Below the pieces are notes generated by a model. It did no database searches. It had not been told where the DNA came from and saw nothing but the letters and a program-made list of their open reading frames with translations. This document shows positions 27,574-36,664 of a stretch of DNA of 64,000 nucleotides, in pieces. The position numbers were made by a program, and so were the translations under genes. The stretch is from an uncultured Candidatus Saccharibacteria bacterium (GTDB lineage Bacteria > Patescibacteriota > Doudnabacteria > UBA920): contig CAZHIA010000007.1 of NCBI GenBank assembly GCA_964532425.1, positions 8 to 64,007 of the forward strand, written 5' to 3'. Position 1 is the stretch's first letter. Each line of letters opens with the position of its first letter.

Positions 27574-28248
27574 ATGACACGATATTATCGTCAAAGATCG
27601 GGATTGGTTGCGGAATTAATGCAACAGATTCCGAAAGCACCGCGTAAGAGGAAAGAGGAGGCGAATTATGATAATCTCAAGCGCGCCAGCGAGATTGTCC
27701 TTGCGGTGGTGGCGGTGGCGGGGTTGGCATCGGTTGCGGTAGTGGCGCCCAATGCGCTGCTTGCCCTGAATAAGTTCTTTTTGAAAAAACACAAGCATCT
27801 CAGTCCCGCAGAGCAGCAACGGAAGATGGTGGACACTTTCTACTATCTGAAACGGAGCGGTAAAATTGACTTACGTCCTGATGGCGGATCATGGAAAGTG
27901 TGGTTGACCGCCAAAGGGAAGCGGCAAGTTTTAGAAATGGACATTGCGACGGTCTATATACCCAAAGCGTCAAAATGGGGAGGCACCTGGTGGCTCATTG
28001 CAGCAGACGTTCCCACGAAGGATCACCGGCAGGGTGCAGACCGGTTGCGTCGCAAATTGAAACAGCTTAATTTATTTCCGCTCCAAAGGACCTTGTGGCT
28101 TTACCCATATGATCCCTGTGAGGCTTTGGAAGTCATACTTCATGCCTATCATATAGAAAATTTTGTAACAGTCATGGAAGTCCGTAAGCTGGACCGGGAG
28201 GATGAAAGGAAAGCCAAGGCACATTTTCGTAACACGGGTGTGCTATAG
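27574..28248 (+). CDS. Hypothetical protein with an N-terminal TM helix, a winged-helix-like segment and a C-terminal Cas2-like/PaaX-like segment. Start uncertain; the ORF could begin at 27538 inside the hairpin.
   Basis: Clean ORF bracketed by the two hairpins. The C-terminal motif GGTWWLIAADVP...DRLRRKLKQLNLFPLQRTLWLYPYD resembles the beta-alpha-beta core of Cas2/VapD-type proteins. This is a pattern-level resemblance only. Confidence 0.45.
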   Translation: MTRYYRQRSGLVAELMQQIPKAPRKRKEEANYDNLKRASEIVLAVVAVAGLASVAVVAPNALLALNKFFLKKHKHLSPAEQQRKMVDTFYYLKRSGKIDLRPDGGSWKVWLTAKGKRQVLEMDIATVYIPKASKWGGTWWLIAADVPTKDHRQGADRLRRKLKQLNLFPLQRTLWLYPYDPCEALEVILHAYHIENFVTVMEVRKLDREDERKAKAHFRNTGVL

Positions 28249-28297
28249 CCGTAGTAGTTTTAATCATGTTTCTATAATAGAAAATTAGTGTAATTAA

Positions 28298-28339
28298 TTC
28301 AGTGGGGAAGTTGTACATTTGTACAACTTCCCCACTGAA
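28298..28339. repeat. Perfect 20-bp-arm hairpin (copy 2, inverted orientation, loop TT). It also serves as a likely bidirectional terminator between the 27574..28248 gene and msrB.
   Basis: Sequence TTCAGTGGGGAAGTTGTACA-TT-TGTACAACTTCCCCACTGAA. Confidence 0.85.
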
Positions 28340-28385
28340 TTTGAGTGTCAGGGCATATATCAAGGGTGTATGTTTTGGATGCTTA

Positions 28386-28847
28386 TTATTGGGAATCGGC
28401 TGGTTTGTGTACCAGGCACGCGCCGTTGATGCAGTACCTTTTTCCTGTCGCAGGCCGCGAGCTGGGCGTGGCGGCCGGAGACCCTGAGCCTGTCGAAGGG
28501 TCGACGAACGCGGGCCCATCGTCAAAAATATGGCCTAAGTGGCTACCGCACGTAGCGCAGACCACCTCGGTGCGGTGCATGCCGTGGCTGTCGTCATCCT
28601 GGAGAATGACCGCGCCGGGCAGGGCTTGGTCAAAACTCGGCCAGCCAGTGCCGGAGTTGAATTTAGCATCCGAGGCAAACAATTGGCTACCGCAGACCGC
28701 GCAGGCGAACATTCCGGGTTCGTGCACATTCAGCAGGGCAGAGGTGTAAGGCGCTTCGGTCCCGTTCTCACGTAGAATGTGGTACTGCTCGGGGGTCAAT
28801 TTTTTCTTGAGTTTTTCTTCGCTAATCTGTTTTGATTGGTTTAACAT
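28386..28847 (-). CDS. msrB: Peptide methionine (R)-S-oxide reductase MsrB.
   Basis: Two CxxC zinc motifs (CAVCGSQLF, CATCGSHLGHIFDDGP) and the catalytic RYCINGA motif near the C-terminus. Confidence 0.85.
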   Translation of the reverse strand: MLNQSKQISEEKLKKKLTPEQYHILRENGTEAPYTSALLNVHEPGMFACAVCGSQLFASDAKFNSGTGWPSFDQALPGAVILQDDDSHGMHRTEVVCATCGSHLGHIFDDGPAFVDPSTGSGSPAATPSSRPATGKRYCINGACLVHKPADSQ

Positions 28848-29159
28848 ACATACGTTTCCTTAATTACTCTTGTCTCTTGGTTATGTATGACGGGCGCCTC
28901 CTGCCTGCCGGCAGGCAGGGTCGGCAGCCCCTACACTGCTGCTTTTCATCGTAGGGGCGTGCGACAGCAGCCCGTTCCCACACATTTTAGTATAAGACGT
29001 AGCAGTAAGAAATTTGTAGCAAATAAAAGGGCGTCTTCCTAATGAAGTCAGCTTAAGGATTAGCACTTGACCCTGCTTCGCATAAAGCTGGGCAGGGCGA
29101 GCATCAGGTAGTGTTTTTTAAGAGAGGCTCGTTTTAGACGACTCTGGTGAAAGAGGGGA

Positions 29160-29186
29160 TTAGCACTTGACAGCCTAGAGTGCTAA
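29160..29186. promoter_or_regulatory. CIRCE operator (HrcA binding site) TTAGCACTT-N9-GAGTGCTAA.
   Basis: Matches the CIRCE consensus TTAGCACTC-N9-GAGTGCTAA with one mismatch. Lies upstream of hrcA. Confidence 0.8.
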
Positions 29187-29199
29187 TAGTAAAATAGTT

Positions 29200-29226
29200 T
29201 TAGCACTCAAATATGGGAATTGCTAA
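29200..29226. promoter_or_regulatory. Second, degenerate CIRCE-like element TTAGCACTC-N9-AATTGCTAA.
   Basis: The left half is perfect and the right half partly matches. It is 13 nt downstream of the first CIRCE. Confidence 0.5.
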
Positions 29227-29286
29227 CTGTAGTGCAGGGCCGTGCCCTGCCCTCAAGAAAGCAGGCCGAGGGCCTGCACTACATCT

Positions 29287-30045
29287 ATGGACAATCCTGA
29301 AATTACAACCCGGCAAGCGAAGATCCTCGCTGCCATCGTGAAAGAGAATTGCGACACCGGCGAGCCGGTGGCGAGCGCCGATTTGGTGGAAAAATACCAG
29401 CTCGACGTGAGCACGGCCACTATCCGCAACGAGATGGCGGCTTTGGAGAAGCTGGGATATATTTACCAACCGCACACTTCTTCCGGCCGCGTGCCGACGG
29501 ACAAAGGCTTTCGTTATTTCGTTAACCAGCTCATGGATAAGGTCAAGCTGACCTTAAAGGAGCAGGAGCTGCTCAAGCGGGAAATGATCAAGCTACAGAT
29601 TGCGCATCACGAGCTCGGTCGCCGATTGACTAAATTGCTCTCTGATCACAGCCAGCAGGCCAGCTTTGCCCTGTTTCCGGAAGAAGTCTCGACTATGGGA
29701 CTTTCAAAGATTTTGAATAATCCCGCCCTGCCGCCGGAAGATGCTCGCGAGATTGCCGAGTTCTTCGATAATATCGATTCCTATGCCGAACAGATGATGA
29801 AAGACTACGGCGAGAAAGGCCAGGCGGAAGCGTACATCGGCAAGGAACTGACCTTGTCTAAGAAGAGCGACTACTCCATGATCGTCTCGCCACTGAAACT
29901 CCCGAGCGGGAAAAAAGGAGTCATCGGACTTATTGGTCCGAAGTCCATGAAGTACGAAAAGAATTTGTCGCTGTTAGAATATATCGCGAAGTTATTGGGA
30001 AGCGGAGGAGGTGCGGCGATATTGGTCATGTTGTTTATTAAATAA
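29287..30045 (+). CDS. hrcA: Heat-inducible transcription repressor HrcA (short form, about 252 aa).
   Basis: N-terminal wHTH (TTRQAKILAAIVKENCDTGEPVASADL). Located downstream of CIRCE and upstream of grpE-dnaK-dnaJ. Start set at MDNPEI; the longer ORF beginning at 29242 starts inside a REP-like palindrome. Confidence 0.75.
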   Translation: MDNPEITTRQAKILAAIVKENCDTGEPVASADLVEKYQLDVSTATIRNEMAALEKLGYIYQPHTSSGRVPTDKGFRYFVNQLMDKVKLTLKEQELLKREMIKLQIAHHELGRRLTKLLSDHSQQASFALFPEEVSTMGLSKILNNPALPPEDAREIAEFFDNIDSYAEQMMKDYGEKGQAEAYIGKELTLSKKSDYSMIVSPLKLPSGKKGVIGLIGPKSMKYEKNLSLLEYIAKLLGSGGGAAILVMLFIK

Positions 30046-30128
30046 AATTAACAAATTCACAAATTAACAAATTGAAACCGCAGTAAATTTTATTTAATTT
30101 GTTAATTTTTACTTAATTTTGTTCAATT
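30046..30128. repeat. AT-rich MITE-like palindromic element (arms AAATTAACAAATT / AATTTGTTAATTT, centre CCGCAGT) in the hrcA-grpE spacer.
   Basis: Internal inverted repeat. A 36-nt near-identical block (AATTTTATTTAATTTGTTAATTTTTACTTAATT) is shared with 44625..44720. Confidence 0.6.
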
Positions 30129-30755
30129 ATGTCTGAAGACAATAACCAGAACGACGAGAATACCCAGCATGAAGAGGTGGCTACCGAACAGCTTCAAGCC
30201 GATCTCAATGCCATGACGGACAATTGGAAGAGAGCCTTGGCAGATTTTGAGAACTATCGCCGCAGGACCGAGGAGCAAAGCCAGGAACTGATTAATTTCG
30301 CCAAGGAAACCGTGATTGCACGGCTGCTACCGACCTTGGATGCGCTGGAGCAGGCGCTTAGGCATCTGCCGGAATACTCCGAAGATGAACCCCTCCTAAC
30401 CTCCCCTTTTGAAAAAGGGGAGGAAACTGCAGGAACCATAGCAAAAGAGAAGGGGTCTGCAGAAACCCCCTCTGTGCAAAAGAGGGGGCAGGGGGAGTTC
30501 AAAAAACAGTACGCGAACTGGCAAACAGGAGTGAACGGCATTATCCTGCAGCTCGACAAGACCTTGGAAGAACTCGGCGTGAAGAAAATTGAAGCCGTGG
30601 GCAAGAAATTTGACCCCAACTTCCATGAAGCGGTTCGCGAAGTGGAAGGGGAAGAGGACGGCATGGTCGTGGAAGAATACCAGACGGGGTTCGAGCTGAA
30701 CGGAAAAGTTATCCGGCCGAGCCAGGTAGTAATCAGCAAGAAAGTTCAAAATTAA
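30129..30755 (+). CDS. grpE: Nucleotide exchange factor GrpE, with a low-complexity insert.
   Basis: GrpE-like coiled-coil N-terminus and C-terminal beta domain (ILQLDKTLEELGVKKIEAVGKKFDPNFHEAV). Sits between hrcA and dnaK. Confidence 0.85.
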   Translation: MSEDNNQNDENTQHEEVATEQLQADLNAMTDNWKRALADFENYRRRTEEQSQELINFAKETVIARLLPTLDALEQALRHLPEYSEDEPLLTSPFEKGEETAGTIAKEKGSAETPSVQKRGQGEFKKQYANWQTGVNGIILQLDKTLEELGVKKIEAVGKKFDPNFHEAVREVEGEEDGMVVEEYQTGFELNGKVIRPSQVVISKKVQN

Positions 30756-30777
30756 AAATGAAAAATTCAAAGTTGAT

Positions 30778-31149
30778 ATGCAGGATTCAAACAAGCAGTT
30801 CAAGGTAGAACTGAAAAAGAGGGTCTATGTTTGGGTTTTGCGCTTAATAAGGTTCTTGAAATCCTTACCGAAAAATTATGTATTTGAGGTATTAGGGAAG
30901 CAGCTATTGAGAAGTGGTACAAGTATCCTGGCTAATTTTATAGAAGCTCAAGCTGCTTCTTCAAGAAAGGATTTTACAAATTTTATTAATCATAGTTTGA
31001 AATCAGCAAATGAAACGAAGGTTTGGTTAAGTCTGTTAAAAGATTCTTTATCTAAAGACTATGAACGTGAAGCAGGTGGGTTGTTAAAAGAAGCAATTGA
31101 ACTATCAAATATTTTTGGAAGTATTGTAACTACGTTGCGGATGAAGTAA
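30778..31149 (+). CDS. Four-helix-bundle protein (the family often found in 23S rRNA intervening sequences), AT-rich, apparently inserted between grpE and dnaK.
   Basis: About 120 aa helical protein matching the four-helix-bundle family (VLRLIRFLKSLPKNYVFEVLGKQLLRSGTSILANFIEAQAASSRKDF...). Flanked by imperfect inverted repeats (AAAATGAAAAATTCAAAGTT / ACTTTGAATTTTT). Confidence 0.7.
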   Translation: MQDSNKQFKVELKKRVYVWVLRLIRFLKSLPKNYVFEVLGKQLLRSGTSILANFIEAQAASSRKDFTNFINHSLKSANETKVWLSLLKDSLSKDYEREAGGLLKEAIELSNIFGSIVTTLRMK

Positions 31150-31197
31150 TTTTTAATTTTTCACTTTGAATTTTTAACTAACAACAGGAGTAATAGT

Positions 31198-33132
31198 ATG
31201 CCAAAAATTATAGGAATTGATTTAGGAACCTCAAACTCAGCCGCGTCTGTTATGGAAGGCGGCAAGCCGGTCATAATTCCGGCGGCGGAAGGCGCCAGCC
31301 TTGGCGGCAAGGCCTTTCCGTCGTATGTGGCGTTTACCAAAGAAGGCCAGCTCTTAGTGGGCGAGCCAGCCCGTCGGCAAGCCGTGACCAACCCGGACGG
31401 CACCATTTTTGAAGCCAAACGCAAAATGGGAACCAACTTCCGCTACACCGTCAACGGCAAGGAATACAGCCCGGAACAAATTTCCGCATTCATTTTGCAG
31501 AAGATCAAGAAAGATGCTGAAACCTTCCTGGGTGAACCGGTCGCTAAAGCCGTCATTACCGTGCCGGCCTACTTTGACGATGCCCAGCGCCAGGCTACTA
31601 AGAACGCCGGCGAGATCGCCGGGCTCGAAGTGGTGCGCGTCATCAACGAGCCGACCGCGGCTGCCTTTGCTTATGGCCTCGATAAGTCTTCCTCCAAAGA
31701 TCAGAAGATTTTGGTTTTTGACCTCGGCGGTGGTACGCTCGATGTGACCATTATGGATTTTTCAGAGATCGACAACCAGGCCACCTTTGAAGTACTGGCC
31801 ACCTCAGGCGACACCCAGCTCGGCGGCAAGGACATGGACAAGGCTCTGATCGATTACATCGTGAACACCTTCAAGCAGGAAAACAGCGTAGATTTGAACA
31901 ATGACAAGATGGCTATGAACCGCGTTAGGGAAGCGGCGGAAAAAGCCAAGATCGAATTATCAACCACCTTGGAGACCGACGTAAACCTGCCATTCATTAC
32001 GGCTGACCAGAACGGTCCCAAGCACTTGCAGATGAAGATTACCCGCGCCAAGCTCGAAGAGCTCATTAAACCCATCGTGGACCGCATGCGCCACCCGGTC
32101 GAGCAGGCTATCAGTGATGCCAAGCTGACCCCGCAGCAGATCGACAAGATCATCTTAATCGGCGGTCCGACCCGTATGCCCGCAGTCAAGAAATTCGTGG
32201 AAGACTACATTGGTAAGCAGGTGGAAGGCGGTATTGACCCCATGGAGGCTGTAGCCAAGGGTGCGGCCATCCAGGCTGGCATTCTGGGCGGCGATGTCCA
32301 GGGCAAAGAAATCTTGCTGCTTGATGTCACACCGTTGACCATGGGTATTGAAACGCTCGGCAGCGTAATGACCCCCATGATCCCGCGCAATACGACCGTG
32401 CCGACATCTAAAACCGAGACATTCTCGACTGCGGCCGATAACCAGACCTCCGTGGAAGTCCGTGTCTACCAGGGCGAGCGTCCGTTGGCTCCGGATAATA
32501 AATTTTTAGGCAATTTCCAGTTGGACGGCATTCCTCCGGCGCCGCGCGGCGTACCGCAGGTGGAAGTCACGTTCGACATTGACGCCAACGGTATTTTGAC
32601 GGTCAAAGCTAAGGACAAGGCTACGGGCAAGGAACAACATATTACCATCCAAGGGTCTTCCAACCTGTCCAAGGACGAGATTGAGCGCATGAAGAAGGAA
32701 GCCGAAGCCCATGCGGCAGAGGACCGGAAGCGCAAAGAGACCATCGACGCCCGCAACCAGGCCGATACGCTGATCTCCGTTTCCGAACGCACGCTTAAAG
32801 ATGCCGCCTCGACAAGCTCGGGGTCTTCGACCGGCTCCAAAGTTACTGATGAGATGAAAAAAGAAGTTGAGGAAAAGATCAAGGCTTTAAAGGATGTCAA
32901 AGACAAGGATGATGTGGATGCCATAAAGAAAGCTATGGACGAACTTTCCACTGCCATCCAGAAGGTTGGCGCGGCTATGTACCAGAGCCAGCAGCCGGAA
33001 GCCGGCAGTCCGAAACCGGAAGCGGGAGCTAATCCGGAGGGGCAAAACCCTTCGTCCGCCCAAGGCGGATCAGGGTCTAATGGAGGCCCCGTTGATGCCG
33101 AATTTTCTGAAGTCAACAATCAAAATAAATAG
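31198..33132 (+). CDS. dnaK: Molecular chaperone DnaK (Hsp70).
   Basis: Canonical Hsp70 motifs [23 protein letters not shown] and [11 protein letters not shown]. 644 aa. Confidence 0.97.
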   Translation: MPKIIGIDLGTSNSAASVMEGGKPVIIPAAEGASLGGKAFPSYVAFTKEGQLLVGEPARRQAVTNPDGTIFEAKRKMGTNFRYTVNGKEYSPEQISAFILQKIKKDAETFLGEPVAKAVITVPAYFDDAQRQATKNAGEIAGLEVVRVINEPTAAAFAYGLDKSSSKDQKILVFDLGGGTLDVTIMDFSEIDNQATFEVLATSGDTQLGGKDMDKALIDYIVNTFKQENSVDLNNDKMAMNRVREAAEKAKIELSTTLETDVNLPFITADQNGPKHLQMKITRAKLEELIKPIVDRMRHPVEQAISDAKLTPQQIDKIILIGGPTRMPAVKKFVEDYIGKQVEGGIDPMEAVAKGAAIQAGILGGDVQGKEILLLDVTPLTMGIETLGSVMTPMIPRNTTVPTSKTETFSTAADNQTSVEVRVYQGERPLAPDNKFLGNFQLDGIPPAPRGVPQVEVTFDIDANGILTVKAKDKATGKEQHITIQGSSNLSKDEIERMKKEAEAHAAEDRKRKETIDARNQADTLISVSERTLKDAASTSSGSSTGSKVTDEMKKEVEEKIKALKDVKDKDDVDAIKKAMDELSTAIQKVGAAMYQSQQPEAGSPKPEAGANPEGQNPSSAQGGSGSNGGPVDAEFSEVNNQNK

Positions 33133-33220
33133 TTTATAATGAAGGTAATTCGCCGCACGGCGAATTACCTTCAAAAGATTTAAAGCGGTGCCGGAATATC
33201 CGGCATTTGCAAACACAAAA

Positions 33221-33961
33221 ATGGACTTCAAACGATTCGTTCTTTGCTTGCTAATCATCTTCATGGGCGTATTTATTTACGTGCGCATCATGTCTTTGGG
33301 TGATGAGCATAGTCGGTTTAACCAGACAACCCGAATCCAACTGGGCAGATTTGCCGTTCTGCGCACGCTCTTTGGCCTGCACAGCGCGGGGGATGCGCGA
33401 GCCGAGTACCTCAAAGCATCAGGACCTATTAGTGTGGAGATTGTCCAGGCGGAAAGCCTGAATCTGCCGCAGGAGGTCATTGATGATTTTACCAGCAAGG
33501 TCAAAGAATACACGGGCCGCCAAACCGTCTTGTATAACATTGATACCGTAAAGCGCGGTTCTTTGAGCGATGCCGATATTAATGATATTATCGCCACTAA
33601 CCGCAGGCATGTTTCGCCGGCCGAGACAAACCTGTTCGTGATTTATGCGGACGATTTTAACAGTAAGACGGATGAAGTTGGCCGGACCGTGAGAGATTTC
33701 GGCATGGTCATTTCTTCAACCCGCCTCCAAGACCTGACCAGGCAATCTCCGAAAGCGCTCAATAGCTATATTCTCTCCACCATGCTTCACGAGTTCGGCC
33801 ACCAGCTCGGCCTTGATCATGTTGGCGACGACCGCTGCATCATGAACAAAGATATCGAAGCCTCTCCGGAACAGTCGTCATTCATAGTCTCATATACGCC
33901 GACTTCGTTTTGCGACAAGGAATTGGAACAGCTGAAGGGGATTAAGGCGGCATTGCAGTAA
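33221..33961 (+). CDS. Membrane-anchored zinc metalloprotease of the metzincin / archaemetzincin-like type.
   Basis: HEFGHQLGLDH (HExxHxxGxxH) followed by C..M and Cys residues. N-terminal TM helix. Start chosen at MDFKRF; the ORF could begin at a GTG at 33188. Confidence 0.6.
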   Translation: MDFKRFVLCLLIIFMGVFIYVRIMSLGDEHSRFNQTTRIQLGRFAVLRTLFGLHSAGDARAEYLKASGPISVEIVQAESLNLPQEVIDDFTSKVKEYTGRQTVLYNIDTVKRGSLSDADINDIIATNRRHVSPAETNLFVIYADDFNSKTDEVGRTVRDFGMVISSTRLQDLTRQSPKALNSYILSTMLHEFGHQLGLDHVGDDRCIMNKDIEASPEQSSFIVSYTPTSFCDKELEQLKGIKAALQ

Positions 33962-34021
33962 GGTGTTAACTTTATTTGTTCGGTGTATGTCTGAGAAGTT
34001 ACAAATTCACACTAAAAAATT

Positions 34022-34330
34022 ATGAACGACAACAAACCATCCCAGCCCGAGAGCGGGCAGCAGATACAGATTAAGATCACTGACGAAACCCTGAGGGGAT
34101 CGTACGCGAATATGCTCCAAGTAGCCCATACTTCCGAGGAGTTCTTTCTGGATTTTATGAATATCATGCCGCCTGCGGGCATTGTCTCCGCCCGGGTCAT
34201 TGTTTCTCCCGGCCACATCAAGCGGATGATAGCGGCAATGCAGGAGAACCTGAAACATTACGAAGAGCAGTTTGGCGAGGTGAAGGCCGCAGCGGTTCCT
34301 GACCACCGAATTGGATTCAAGACCGAATAA
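34022..34330 (+). CDS. Small conserved hypothetical protein, DUF3467-like.
   Basis: About 100 aa. The motif SYANMLQVAHTSEEFFLDFMNIMPP...VSPGHIKRMIAAMQENLKHYEEQFG resembles the DUF3467 family. Recalled from memory, not searched. Confidence 0.45.
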   Translation: MNDNKPSQPESGQQIQIKITDETLRGSYANMLQVAHTSEEFFLDFMNIMPPAGIVSARVIVSPGHIKRMIAAMQENLKHYEEQFGEVKAAAVPDHRIGFKTE

Positions 34331-34411
34331 CTAACCGATAAACACAGATGAAAAACTGATGAACACGGATCCGTGTTTATCTGTTTGCAGTTAATCAGTG
34401 TTAATCACTGT

Positions 34412-35560
34412 ATGAACAAGAATTACTACGACATTTTAGGTGTTTCAAAATCCGCTTCGCAGGAAGAGATTAAGCGCGCGTACCGCAAGTTGGCGCATCA
34501 GTATCATCCTGACAAAGGCAATGGCAACGAGGAAAAATTCAAGGAAGTCAACGAAGCGTACCAGGTCCTGGGAAGCGAGGACCGGCGCCGGCAGTATGAT
34601 ACGTTTGGAACCACCTCGAACCAGCCGCCCGGCGGGGGGTTCGGCGGATTTAACTACCAGGGAGAGAATCCTTTTGGGGATTTTGGATTTGGCGGCTACG
34701 GCGGTGAAGCGGGTTTTGATTTTGGCGACATCTTTGGCGACATCTTCGGGACCCGGACCGAGCGGGCCAGTCGCCGAAACCGTGGCATTGACCTGGAGAT
34801 GGCACTGAAGCTCACGTTCGAGGAGGCGGTCTTTGGGGTGGAAAAAACCATCACGGTCGAAAAACAGGATGCCTGTGCCACCTGCAGCGGCAGCGGGGCT
34901 GAGCCGGGATCTAAAATAGTGACCTGTTCCAAGTGTCACGGCCAGGGACAGATCCGCACTCAGCGGCGTACGATTTTCGGCATGGTGGCATCGTCGACGA
35001 CTTGTGATATGTGTTCGGGGACGGGTAAGGTCCCGGAAACGCCTTGCCACACCTGCAAAGGTAGCGGCGTGGTCCGGCAGGAAAAAACCATCAAGGTTAA
35101 AATTCCAGCTGGTATCGATGACGGGCAGCGCATTCGCGTAGCTGGGGAAGGGGAAGCGGGGTACCGCGGCTCCACTCCTGGTGATTTGTTTTTGGTGATT
35201 CAAGTTGAGCCGTCTAAGGAATTCACTCGGGACGGTTTTACGCTGCATAAGGAATTGCCAGTCAGTTTTACACAGGCTACGCTGGGTGCCCGGTTGATCG
35301 TTAAAACCCTGGATGGTGACATTGAGTTGAAGATTCCGGCCGGCACCCAATCGGGCACTGTTCTTAAGGTTAAGGACAAAGGCGTGCCGAACCTGTCAGG
35401 TAAAGGCAGAGGAGACCTGCTCATTACGGTCCGGGTGGTGGTACCGAACAAATTAAATAAGAAAGAAAAAGAGCTGCTCAAGCAACTAGCCGAAATTCGG
35501 GGTGAGTCTGTGGAGGTGGATCCCGGGTTCTGGGATAACATCCGGGATTCGTTTACATAA
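34412..35560 (+). CDS. dnaJ: Molecular chaperone DnaJ.
   Basis: J-domain (NYYDILGVSKSASQEEIKRAYRKLAHQYHPDK), G/F region, four CxxCxGxG zinc motifs and a C-terminal domain. Confidence 0.93.
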   Translation: MNKNYYDILGVSKSASQEEIKRAYRKLAHQYHPDKGNGNEEKFKEVNEAYQVLGSEDRRRQYDTFGTTSNQPPGGGFGGFNYQGENPFGDFGFGGYGGEAGFDFGDIFGDIFGTRTERASRRNRGIDLEMALKLTFEEAVFGVEKTITVEKQDACATCSGSGAEPGSKIVTCSKCHGQGQIRTQRRTIFGMVASSTTCDMCSGTGKVPETPCHTCKGSGVVRQEKTIKVKIPAGIDDGQRIRVAGEGEAGYRGSTPGDLFLVIQVEPSKEFTRDGFTLHKELPVSFTQATLGARLIVKTLDGDIELKIPAGTQSGTVLKVKDKGVPNLSGKGRGDLLITVRVVVPNKLNKKEKELLKQLAEIRGESVEVDPGFWDNIRDSFT

Positions 35561-35645
35561 AAACAGCGCGTGCGCTGTTTTTTTGATTTTTCTGAATTTT
35601 TGTGCTATAATATATTCAAAAGTTCAATCCGAAGAAACAAAATCC

Positions 35646-36191
35646 ATGTCTGTACATGAAGTTACTACACTCCTCCAGAATTTCAACTGGCACACGCCCA
35701 GCTGGGATTTGTTTATTTTGGGTTTTTGGGCCCTGGGCAGCATTTTGTACGCCTTTACTGCGGGCCGCGGCCGCGTCATTAATATTTTGCTCAGCATCTA
35801 CATCGCCAAGCTCATGGTCTATGAAGCGCCGTTCCTGACTCATGTGGTATCGGGGAAACTGCCCACCACCATGGTGTCTCTGCAGCAGCTTGCTACGTTT
35901 GTCTTGGTCTTTTTGGTACTGTTCTTATTCCTCGGCAGGTATGCCTTCCGTACTTCTGCGGATGGCCGTCAGGCTGGAGCGATCTTGTTTGGTGTTGTAT
36001 TCTCGTTTTTGCAGATTGGGCTGCTCATAAGTATTATTCTCCATTATCTGCCCGCCGGGGCTCAAAGCGCATTCGGCCCCCTTATCCAACTTGTCTTTTT
36101 AAGCAGTATGGCAGGCTTTGTCTGGCTTGCTGCGCCATTGGCTTTTCTTATCTTCCTCGGCAAATTTATTGCTGACCCGAACGAATTATGA
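35646..36191 (+). CDS. Small polytopic membrane protein, possibly CvpA-like.
   Basis: Four predicted TM helices in about 180 aa. The family assignment is tentative. Confidence 0.45.
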   Translation: MSVHEVTTLLQNFNWHTPSWDLFILGFWALGSILYAFTAGRGRVINILLSIYIAKLMVYEAPFLTHVVSGKLPTTMVSLQQLATFVLVFLVLFLFLGRYAFRTSADGRQAGAILFGVVFSFLQIGLLISIILHYLPAGAQSAFGPLIQLVFLSSMAGFVWLAAPLAFLIFLGKFIADPNEL

Positions 36192-36580
36192 CCGCAAATA
36201 AACATATCCTGCTTGTCGTCGACGACGATACGCTCATTTTGAATACCCTGACAAAACGATTTTCGAATTGGGATCTGAATGTCTATACGGCCACCACCCA
36301 GAAGGAAGCCCGAACAATTCTGGATTCAGTCACGCCCGAGGTAGTCATTTTGGATCTGATGCTGAAAGGCGAGGTTAGCGAAGGATTGTTGGATTACATG
36401 CAAAGCCAAGAGCGCCTGGCGGATGTACCGGTGCTTGTGCTGACTAATATGGACAAACCGGAACTCCGCCGCGTGTTGCTCTCGCGCGGGGTCAAAGAGT
36501 ATATCATCAAGGGCAGCATTAGCTTGGATGACTTGTATAAGAAGGTAGTAGGGTATTTGGAGCCGCAGCGAAACATGTAA
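36188..36580 (+). CDS. Stand-alone response-regulator receiver domain (CheY-like).
   Basis: KHILLVVDDD...VILDLMLKGE...PVLVLTNMDKP...KGS. No output domain. Its start overlaps the upstream gene's stop. Confidence 0.7.
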   Translation: MTANKHILLVVDDDTLILNTLTKRFSNWDLNVYTATTQKEARTILDSVTPEVVILDLMLKGEVSEGLLDYMQSQERLADVPVLVLTNMDKPELRRVLLSRGVKEYIIKGSISLDDLYKKVVGYLEPQRNM

Positions 36581-36664
36581 CCTTTGACCATTGACATTTG
36601 ATAAAACCGCAGCCAAAAGGCTGCGGTTTAAAAGTCAAATGTTAAATGTCACCTGTCAAATGTC
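36578..36664. repeat. MITE-like palindromic element with a central GC hairpin (AAACCGCAGCC-AAAA-GGCTGCGGTTT) that doubles as a bidirectional terminator, and arms made of TTGAC heptads (TTGACCATTGACATTTGA).
   Basis: Left and right arms are reverse complements. The stop codons of the convergent genes 36188..36580 and 36649..37575 fall inside the arms. Confidence 0.65.
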
